DNA of 64,000 nucleotides, taken from the NCBI RefSeq assembly GCF_006345805.1, contig NC_042999.1:105586001-105650000 (forward strand). The letters run 5' to 3'. A model generated the notes under the pieces. That model saw only the letters and a program-made list of their open reading frames with translations, was not told the origin of the DNA and ran no database searches. The DNA is from Octopus sinensis. Lineage: Eukaryota. The position numbers were made by a program, and so were the translations under genes. Positions 53,417 through 64,000 of this stretch are shown here, one piece after another. Every line of letters begins with the position of its first letter. The stretch's first letter is position 1.

Positions 53417-56400
53417 TACTACTACTACTACATGATGATGATGATACTGGTAATAATATTTTATTATCGCAATGATCAACAATTACTCCTCATGGGCATC
53501 GTGCACATCGTCATCGGTTGCAGCTGCAGCAATATGATTTTAATGAGCTTCAATACCGTTTCTAATATGATAGGAAATGACATGTGGCTCATTAGCATAT
53601 CATGCATTTTCTTCAATAGGCACGAATGCTTTGAAGGGTATCTCACTCGAGTTTGTTAGCGTACCTGAAAAATAATGTTGTTGCAGTTAGTTTTATATTC
53701 AAATAAGAACAACCAGACTTACTAACAAATGTACTTCGCTCAAGATCAAATGTTTCTTCAGTTTTAATCTACTTTGGACTATATCATGTAGCCTTTGAGT
53801 GTTTTGAAAATGGCAACATTTGATTGGTGATAGATTTGGTCACTATTTCTATCATATACGGTCTTTATGAAGGAACTCCTTACTAATGTAATGGGTAAGT
53901 AGTGATTGAAGAAGCAGAAACATGATGCTAATCCATAAAAAAAGTTGTTATTTTTGAAGATATTCTCAACCTCTAGGATATCCTACACAGATTTATGCGC
54001 TGTTGAATTTTCAACATATCGTGAGAAAAACACATGAGTGGACACAATCATCAACTTTTCCCCATATAAAATATAACTGACACAATGAGACAAATAATTA
54101 ATACACAAAGGCGTTTCATTTTTAATTTATTATCCGAGACGTACTTATAATATACACATATATTGGGGAATGCATGGGAAATCTACTCTGCGAGTGTATT
54201 AACTAAAATGAACGCTACGTTGTGTGGAATGTGTTGTATGTTTTTCGTGTGCCATTTGGAATTTTGCAGATGTCAGTGAAACCTCTGCTTGTGTTGTCCT
54301 AAAATATTTTCTTCAACTGACGCTTAACTGTTTTCAAGTTGATATCAATCTGAAGAGAGAGATTAGTCCTTCCACTGCATCGTTCTTGTTATATTACTTG
54401 AATATTTAGTTTCTTTGGGTTTAAATGCAATAATAATTTGAACTCTTTGTGGGATAAGTAACGTATAGTCCTGATATATTTTAATTCTGCTATTAATCAC
54501 ATTGGTATCTATTGCATAGAATGTTCATATATATAAGAAAACTATCACAACAATATTCATACAAATATTTGATTTGTTTCTTATTTCATTAATGTTTCAC
54601 TACCTTGTAGATAACTGATTTAATTGACCTAAAGAAAATATTTGGAAATAGTGATATTCCAAAAGCTAACAGAAAATGGTACTGGAGGGCCTTTTTCTAA
54701 CTAAATGATTACTTACTTCAGTGACACAACACTACAAGTTTAAAATGTAAATATCTAAGTATGTCTATTCTGTGTATTATAACATTGAGCAATTTCAAAT
54801 TTAGTGTAATATTTCAGATCATATTGCAATCACTCTTAATATTGTTGCTAGAAATATATGTAAATATTTTAAAGAGAATGTTGCATTAGTCCTAATAGGT
54901 AATAATTGTAGTATGCTTTGAGGTCAATTATCTGGCTGATAAGCCTAATGTCTCTTATGATAAAATATTTAGATGATTTGGGTTATCTTCCTCCATATGT
55001 CATGGAGAGAAATATTTAAAATATCGCGGTTCGTATCAAAGATGATAAGGTCGAAGACCAAATCTGTGATGGCGATAACATCAAATATGTGGATGTTGGT
55101 GTTGGTGATAATGAAGATAATATTATTGATGATAATAATTATTATATACCCAGTGATGTGATGGGAACGAAGTATTCGCTGATTTGGTAGACTGTTTGTG
55201 ATCATTGTAGCATTGTTGGATGTTCCTGTACAAATGCCAAATCAGCCCCTGAAGCTTTTTTGTAATCCTGATTTCTTTGTGGTATTCATTACTCTCTTTA
55301 CTCTATTCTCATGTGACTTCTACTCTCTTTCCTGTCTGAGTGAGTCTCTTAGTTACATTTCACGAATGCGTGGGTTGGTTTTGCATGTGTTTCTCTAGTG
55401 CAACAAGAGTCAGAGTAAGCCAAATGTAGTTTCTCAAGTTACATATTGCGAATTCAGGCGAAACCTTGAACTTTGTATGAGGCTCTTCTATGTCTTCTTA
55501 GAGATTGGAAAGAGCGAGTAAGTGTTGCTAATGTCCATTATTTAATGTTCCATTGCCAATTGTCCTCGGTCTTCAAGCAAATATTTTATGATATTAATGG
55601 TAACAAAATCTCTACATGTACGAGTTGTGATGTGGAAATAATAAAAAAAAAATGTTTTTATGTATTTGAGTAATATGGTAGTTTATTTGTGAAGTGACAT
55701 TCTGTCGTGATTAAAGAGTATGATGAGCTCTTTTAGGATTTGTGAGACTATGCTTATTGCTCCGCTATGTCTTGGTAACTAACTTTACTTCTTTTTGGTG
55801 TTTATCGAATTTTGGAATTGTGATTTTGCCACATTTGTAGATTCTTCAAATTGGACGACGTTTGCATGAAAATCATTTGGTGTGAAGGTAGTATGAGTGT
55901 GATGTTCTCTGCACTTACGTGGTTTGCAGTTTTAAATCTATTTGTATTATGTGGCCTCTTTCCCAAGATTAGGTAATAGGAATGATTCATATAAAAGTAT
56001 CAAATGCTTAATTTTCTGTTCATGACTTCTGCAATAGTTATTGTTATTTTGATTGAACAATTTATAAAATCATAACATCTGTGTGCTACTGAAATGTGGT
56101 TATATTATTTAATGTTGTAATTGTAAGACGGTACATGGGTACGCCTTGTGAACTTTGCTGTTCATACACCATTGTATATGAATATTTTCCAGATTTCCAT
56201 TTTCTAGCGTTTATATATTTGAAATATTTTCTGAAGGTTTCATACAAATAATAATATCGATTGTTCGTGTAAGCTCAACTCCTATGCTTTTATGAGATTC
56301 ATTATTCTTAGTGTGTAATGGTTTTTTTATATTTAGGTTGCTTTCAGATATTTGTCTTTTCAATGTATATATAATTACTTTATTGAATGGATGTAAGGCT

Positions 56401-56789
56401 AATGTCTACGTTGTTAATTGCGAGAACTGGAAGATCTGAAAACTTTGGTTCCTTTTCTTAGCAGATGTCGTTTCATTGTGTACATATAAAATTTTATACA
56501 AACGACATTGCATTCTTTATTGGAGGACAAATATCTTATGATAGACCGTAGCCTGAGGAGGATTTGGAAAAATTTTTGCAAACGTTTCTTTCATCCAATT
56601 TTGAGAGAAAAATGTGAATTCGAGGGACAAAAATTTTAGTTGTCATGTTAGCGAATATTATTATTGTTGATATTGTATTAGAAAATGTTGACATATTTGT
56701 CTCATTCTTTGCATGTAAATGCTTTTATGTGAAACGTATTGCTCTTGGGTAACTTTTGAATCTTTTTGTTCTTGTTGTTTCAGTGTTAT

Positions 56790-57979
56790 TGTTACGGCGG
56801 AATCGAATCACCCGTCGTCGCCCGTCCCGAACGGCTCACACAAGTTCCGCCACGGAACCCAAAGAGGCGGAGAGAGGAGATACAGATAGATACTGCCACA
56901 ACCTCAACAGCACAGAGATACAGAGGCACAACCCGAGATACAACCCAAAGAGGCAAGGCAACAACTGGCAACACTGGCTTATATTCAAACAACAGTTTAT
57001 ACGACAATTACAATTGTTACAACATCAAGATACATCAAAGCATGCACGTGACTACTCAATACATAATACAACAGATCAAAGCATAATACAACATCATGTA
57101 ACAATTCAAGAGTACACGTCCCAAGACAACAGTTCTTTAAAGTCTCTTCCTAAACATCACAATCAACAAGTCCTTTACTCTTCTTCTTCACAATGTCCTT
57201 TATCGACCACATCGACAGAGTCCCTGACTGTTCTCTTCACTGTTCAATACACAAATCACATACCTCAATTCTAATTGAATCTGCCAGTGTCCCATTCCTC
57301 TCAATCCTGCTAATTCCTCTGAATACTGCTAAATCCTTCTGTACATATTCCCTCTGCACATATCCCAATCAGTGCCGCCAAGCTATCGCATCCCAGCTCG
57401 CTCCCAAGAATTCCAACGCTTCCAAGATTCCATCCACTCGCTCTGACCTCCAGAGTCCGTCTCTCTTCTTCGACGACCAGCCACGAACTGCAAGATCCGT
57501 CTGCGTTCCTCGACGACCGCTCAACGACTGCCCTTCTTGACGACCAACTGCGAACTGCCAGACCTCACTTCGTCTCTGTCCTTCTTCCACTCCCCTCATC
57601 TCCCTCTGTCTATATCGCTATTACCCTTTCTAACTGCCCTGGTCCTTATACCCTATCTATATCGCCTGCTGTCTCTTAGCCTTTCTATTTGCTATCTGAT
57701 TCCTTACTCTATCTATATCGCCTGCTGTCTCTTAGCCTCTCCATCCGTCCCCTACTGCTTATACCCTATCTCTATTTTCTCTCAGCCCTTAATCTGTCCC
57801 TTTTCTCTTACTTCTTCACTGACCATTTCTCGACCGGCAAAAGGGCAAAGGTCCTTCCAAAACCCATTAAACAAGAACCTGTCACATTTTCACCAGACAT
57901 GATGGTGCCATTATTCCTATGTGGGTCAACAGAAACACTACACTAATTAAACCCGAAATGCACTTAGCCAACCGTAACA
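56790..57979. mobile_element. Solo LTR (1190 bp), probably Ty3/Gypsy
   Basis: Termini TGTTACGG (56790) and CCGTAACA (57979) form a perfect 8-bp inverted repeat with TG..CA ends. It is flanked by a 4-bp direct repeat TTAT (56786-56789 and 57980-57983). There is an internal duplication CTATATCGCCTGCTGTCTCTTAGCCT (~57658 and ~57713) and no gag/pol motifs. Confidence 0.82.
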
Positions 57980-58797
57980 TTATTATTTCTGTAACATAAT
58001 CCCGATTATATGTATAGAGGGACTTTTGCAAACCTTTCGAAAATTTGCCTAACTTTTCGAGCGTTTTAGGTGCCTTTTAACGCAGGGTCACTATCAATCT
58101 CCGAAACTGTTCCACGTGTAGAAAGACACAAATGATACCCTTTGGCTGGAATTCTAGAATTGGCAATATCGTTCTCTTTTCTTATGTTGTTTCCAGTATT
58201 AAATTATATGAATTCCACATTAGGGAACATGTACTGGATGGAGAATTTAAAAGCAATTACATATATGTTGGCCGAGAAATATGATGTATTTATGTTAATA
58301 GAATCTATCTTGACTGTATCCTAGGCAACTTGACACTATATTATGATGTGTGTTTAGTACCTGTGTGTACTAACGCATAAAATGGATTGATGCTAGTAGT
58401 GCTTGGGAATGTTTACGGCACACAAGGTATGCATCTTATCATTATAAAAAAACGTGACGAATCCGATTTAGGACACAAACATCCGTAACATGATTCTATC
58501 CGCAAATTAAACTGGAGAACGAATTGCCATTGCACAAGCATAGGATTTTAAATATTTATTTATGATCAGGATGTATCCAACCACTAATGATTTTTTATAT
58601 AATGTAACCATGACTGAGACAAGCTACAATGGCCCAGAAATAAATAAGAACCATTAGATAAGTAAATTGAAAAGGAATCGGAATTGTTTCACTAGGCTGC
58701 AAACATGATGTAATTTTTCACCAAATAATATAGTTTGTAATTACTCAAAATAAAAACTATGTCTTTATAATATTACAATGTACTGTCTTAAAACGAA

Positions 58798-58884
<87 letters not shown>

Positions 58885-59652
58885 ATAGATAGATAGATAG
58901 AAACGTTTATTTGAAAATATAATATATCTAAAGCAAAAACACAATGTTTACGGTTACCACCGTCTTATAAGTGAACAGTGCACAACATAGATACAGTTAA
59001 TGAATATAAAGTAAACTATATTTTTGAAAATATTAATAATTGGTGTATTGAAATTCAGTTTCTAAATGTAATTGTGTGTATGTGTGTGCAAATGTACACA
59101 CACTCACATACACACATGTGTACCCCCCCACTCACACACGCACGCAAACGCAGTTTTTGTAAGTGTACTTTAAATGAAACCATCTTAAATTACAGATTAT
59201 TTCACAACATTTACTAAAATTTCGATTCCTACTACCTTTTTCCAATTTAAGTTGATTCAATTGCAACAATGAGATATATTTCCATTGCATATAAAAGTTA
59301 CTGCAGAACGAAAGTATATAGCGCATTGTCAATATAATTAAATATGTGGTAATTATATTAGATAGATAATTTTCCATCAAATTAGTTAGCAGCAACGAAA
59401 TATCGTACTACTAATTTTGCTAATGAAGTTTAGTCTTAGTGATGAAGTTCAAATTAATATTATAGAGAATTAGACTGTTACGGAATTTGAGTATATATAT
59501 TTTCTTTGATAACTGTCATATATTACTATAGTATTCTTTCATGCTAGTGTAATTTAAGTAAAATGTAATTTAATTTTTTAATTGAAAGTGCTTGAAAGAT
59601 GATTAAAATTATATAATATGTCAATACTCATTAAATTTTAATGGCATGTGCA

Positions 59653-59718
59653 ACCATGCCTGCAACCACTTTGGGATTCCAAACGACCATGCCTGCAACT
59701 ACTTCGGGATTCCAAAAT
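59653..59718 (+). repeat. 33-bp imperfect tandem duplication (2 copies)
   Basis: ACCATGCCTGCAACCACTTTGGGATTCCAAACG followed by ACCATGCCTGCAACTACTTCGGGATTCCAAAAT. Confidence 0.85.
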
Positions 59719-60014
59719 CGTCTCTAACGTTTTTACAGTAAAATATAATTAAAACGTAAAGCCTACAACTTTTATTCGTAACGTCAGGTAAATAGTTTTG
59801 TTGATTGTGGCTCGAATGAAGACTACTGTATGTTTTAATGTCTAGCATATCAAGGTGAGATCTCATCATAGGTTTGAAACAATTACATGCGTGCATGCAT
59901 AAACATAAAAGTAATGCCTATGTCTTTGAGTCTCTCTTAGGTATATATATTTGCTTGGATACGTGGAATGACTGTATATTTGGGTGCTTTCTGATGGATT
60001 TATTCCCTAATATT

Positions 60015-60061
<47 letters not shown>

Positions 60062-62075
60062 TGTACCTGGGTTGTAATGATTTCTCTACATAAGTACTTA
60101 ACATACATTTATATATGACCTTTTAATAATATATAGCATTTCTAATAATTTTAGCTTATATTTGAAAATAAAGTCTCATAGAGACTTCAAAGTATGTAAC
60201 AAGATGAGATAAAAAAAATATGAAGAACAAAGAACGCAATAAAAAATAAAGTAATATCACAAGAAAATTTTAATTCTCAACAACCTATATCACAATTTAA
60301 TATGCTGAAGAAATTCTTCGTAACGCGTAGACCTCTTACTGTGTGTAATTACATTTGACTATTGTATTTACACTAATTTTGATAATTCGAAACGTATTTT
60401 ACAAATATTGAATAATTTGAAATTGTATTTTTTTACAAAATTGCCCAAATACCTATGTAGGATATAAATATATGGACGAATATTAGATTTTAAAAACATA
60501 GTGAAAGTAAACCACGAAATTTCAGATGATTGCCGAAAAAAGACTAGTAGTATAAAATTACTAGTAGTATAGCAGAGAATATTTCCGAAATTTAGTTGTT
60601 AATTTATAAACATAATTTTAAACAGGCAAAGTGAAAATTTGCTTATGTTACATCATAAACGATACGGAATTGAAATATGTGAATGTAGCCTTTTAAGAAT
60701 TCGTTCATATACAAATTTCCCAATGAAAAACAATTTATAAAATAGCCGTTAAAATGCATATAGGTAGAGCAGTGCACATTATTCTTCCTGCAATGTTATT
60801 AGAAGAGCCAATAAGAAGAGATAAATTCTTTACAATAAAAGGACAAGGCCAGAATATTTTGGTCGCCGTGATGCAGAGTATAGCCGATGACATCAACCCA
60901 ATGCTTAAAAGGTACTTAGTTAATGTTAAGTGTGTAATGAAAACCTCTTTAATAAAATAGATGAAGATATTTGTTACAAATTAGAGCACAAAGAATTGGT
61001 ATAGCTCCGTTTTGGCTAAAAGAATACAGTACTACCCATGCGATTTCATTCGTTTGCATATAGAGAAAGGTGTACTTTGACAGCTTCCATTTGTGGGAGA
61101 GAGGGTTAGATTTGTCTTTGTGAGAATAAAAATAATGTCTGCTTGGATAGTGATTAAACAACTCTTTAGTTTCGGATTTGTGTTCTTATGAAAATATACG
61201 ATGATTTCAAATTCCACTGAAAAGAAACATTTAACTTAATAATTTGTTCTTCGTACGTTTGATATATAAGATTGTGATCATAAAATGTATGCATTAGTTG
61301 TGAGTAATACTGACAACAATGGATCTGTAGATCTGATATAGTATAGAAACCCATGGTTACGACTTGTAGTAGGTAAGTGATTTTGATATGTTTCACTCAT
61401 TGGCTCATTTGATTAGTGCTGTGAGGTACTACTGCATAGTTATATGCAGAAGACTATTACATGTGAAAAACAGGCATAACTGAAAATCTAAATGAAGATA
61501 AAACAAAATTATTGAAACAGAGGAATCGAAAAACATAAAATTATAACAAATGTAGATGAATGAAAAATATTAACTGTTTTATTAATTAAACTCCATTATC
61601 AAAATTGCAATTTTCTAAAAGGAAATGGAAAAAATATCTGAATACAATCTCTCTCCAAACCTTGTTTACAAATTTAGTAGATATTTTCATGAATAAATGA
61701 ATAAGTCAAAAACAGATAAAATACAACCCAGAATTATATTCATCAATTAACAGTAAGAGATTATTGCATACATATAGTTGAATTTCGTTATTTGTTGATT
61801 TTATGCAATTATTTAAATTTTACATGTGAGTTGCTATCATTTTGTCATGGAAGAAAAAATATTATTTGTAGGTTACGGTTTTATATAATGACAGAAAAAT
61901 GAAATACCATTAGGTTATATGGATTGTTCATCAGATTTAGAGAGCTTAAAATGTAGGAATGTCGTTTTAAAGCATAGTGTTAAGACTCTATATGGAGACA
62001 TGATTCAGACCCCAACATATATTTACACTTTGCTTGTATAAAATAATTACTTCCTCTTCCCCTAACTCTGGCACA

Positions 62076-62167
<92 letters not shown>

Positions 62168-62169
<2 letters not shown>

Positions 62170-62530
62170 TGCAGGAGTGGCTGTGTATTAAATAGCTTGC
62201 TTACCAACATTATGGTTCCGGGTTCAGTCCCATTGCGTGGAACCCTGGACAAGTATCTTGTACTATAACCTCGTCCTAAAAGCTTATATATGTATATGTG
62301 TGTGTGAGTGTGTGTGTATGTGTGCGCGTGCGTGCGTCTGTGCGGTTGTGTTTGTCCTGGCACCATTGCTTGACAGCCGATGTTGATGTGTTTACGCCCC
62401 CATTAATTAACGCTTCGGCCCAAATACCAATAGGTAAGTACTAGGCTTATAAAGAATAAGTCCTGGGGTCGATTTGTTCGAATAAAGGCGGTGCACCAGC
62501 ATGGCCGCAATCAAATGAATGAAAAAAGTC
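62168..62530 (+). mobile_element. tRNA-derived SINE, near full length with internal (TG)n
   Basis: GGTGCAGGAGTGGCTGTGT A box and GGTTCAGTCCC B box; 3' part AGAATAAGTCCTGGGGTCGATTTG...CCAGCATGGCCGCAATCAAATGA. Confidence 0.85.
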
Positions 62531-62579
62531 AAAGAATAAGAGAGTATGTATATGCGTATATACATCCATATATATATAT

Positions 62580-62975
62580 TTCTCGTTTACTTCTCTTTTA
62601 CTTGTTTCAGTCATTTGACTGCGGCCATGGTGGAACACCGCCTTTAGTCGAGCAAATCGACCCCAGGACTTATTCTTTGGAAGCCTAGTACTTAGTCTAT
62701 CGATATCTTTTGCCGAACATCTAGGTTACGGGGACGTAAACATACCACCATCGGTTGTCAAACGATGTTGGGAGGACAAACACACACACAAAAATATATA
62801 CACACACATACACGCACGCACACACAAACACATATATATACATATATACGACCGGCTTCATTCAGTTTCCATCTACCAAATACACTCACAAGTCTTTGGT
62901 CGGCCCGATGCTATAGTAGAAGATACTTGCCCAAGGTATCACGGAACCATGTGGCTGGTAAGCAAGCTACATTAT
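62580..62975 (-). mobile_element. tRNA-derived SINE of the same family, inverted (tail-to-tail with the previous copy)
   Basis: TCATTTGACTGCGGCCATG...AAATCGACCCCAGGACTTATTCT is the reverse complement of the previous copy's 3' part. The head lies at ~62850-62975. Confidence 0.85.
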
Positions 62976-64000
62976 TTCATTTTATTTTGCTTTAAAGGCA
63001 GTAAACAGAGTAGCTGCGGGCTGGACAAACACATTAATGAATGAAAATGAAATAAAATGAATAAATGAGACACGAAACCCAACACACACCGATTGGATAT
63101 TTCTCGAAAACATTTTCTTCTTATAAAAAATTCAATATGAGGTTTCAAACCTCTTACATAAAGGAAGCACTAAAACCTCTTACTTAACATTTTTTTGTTT
63201 TTAAAAAATGCACAATTGAGATTATAAACCACTACAAATATTGCAATAAGATGATATGTCAAGCCCTCTAACGAGGCTTTTTCACCTCCTACTCATCAAT
63301 ATATCCATCATAATCACCAATGCCGTTTGAGTTCCTGTACCCTGCCATTTCCCATGCATTATTCATGTCGAGGCATATGCCGTGTTAGGACCACCCGGCC
63401 ATATGTGACATCCCTCTTTAAATCTTTTAAGCTTTTAGCACGCGGAAAACCTTATGACCCCACAGCTATCTGCGGAGGCCATTCAGGATCCCGTGTAAAG
63501 GCCATATCTACTGTCTCTTTATGTTCTTCTACTATTTTTCCACTTACCCACCCTTGTAGAAAAAGATAAGTAATTCTTCATCTTTAAGTGTGAGGGTTAT
63601 TTCTACCACCGTGGGTGGCACAATTTCGAGAGATGCAGACGGCACATCATCATCCACCTGCAATGACCCGTTCTTTTTTCTTATTTAAGGACATTGTAGT
63701 TACTGCACATTCCACATCTATTGTCTCCACAATTCTTCAAACAGAATTTCTAATAACATTTGAATGAGAATTGTGCTATTCTGAGATAATTTTAAGAGCG
63801 TTTGGTTGAAGTTTGCTATTTCTTATGAAATTTTCATCAACTAGAGTGGGATTTGAAAATGTACTGGTAGGTTTGTTCTCGTAATATGTTGGTAATTTTT
63901 GGATCATGTTCTTTCATACACGGAATGATATTTTCTTCGATCTTTTACTAAGGCGTTCTCGGTTGTTTGATATCTAGATTCATTGTTTCTACAATTCCGC

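Noticed and set aside
56552-56590. CTGAGGA...GCAAACGTT hammerhead-like string
   Set aside because: The GAAA box is broken, stem II is weak, and there is no stem I or valid stem III.
59653-59718. CRISPR-like 33-bp repeat
   Set aside because: Only two adjacent copies with no spacer, in eukaryotic DNA with no cas genes; a simple tandem duplication.
60304-60330. CTGAAGA-aattcttc-GTAA-CGCG-TA hammerhead-like string
   Set aside because: The second box is GTAA rather than GAAA, and the flanks cannot form stem I; indistinguishable from chance.

Overview
AT-rich, microsatellite-dense animal genomic DNA. The repeat families, especially the tRNA-derived SINEs with internal (TA)n/(CA)n tracts, resemble those of octopus/cephalopods; this is recognition from memory, not a search. 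I find no recognisable host protein-coding exon, tRNA, rRNA or CRISPR array, so the window reads as intergenic or deep-intronic. Its content is mostly transposon debris. Retroelements: a decayed Penelope-like element (RT plus GIY-YIG, 1-2.7 kb), a young CR1/L2-type LINE with a single frameshift (4.6-7.25 kb), a Ty3/Gypsy gag relic, an RTE LINE relic in two opposite-facing pieces, many SINEs, and a 1.19-kb solo LTR with a TTAT target-site duplication. DNA transposons: three Tc1/mariner relics, a MITE, a complete non-autonomous Helitron and a Helentron/DINE-like element. The main structural feature is a near-identical ~5.95-kb tandem duplication (25703-37599) whose breakpoints both lie in rolling-circle-type elements. 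The best candidates for hidden RNA function are two degenerate hammerhead-ribozyme-like motifs (16111-16220 minus; 42218-42257 plus), a GC-rich hairpin island at 4363-4460, and several inverted-repeat pairs that would form dsRNA if transcribed. Most short ORFs in the track are microsatellite or antisense artefacts.
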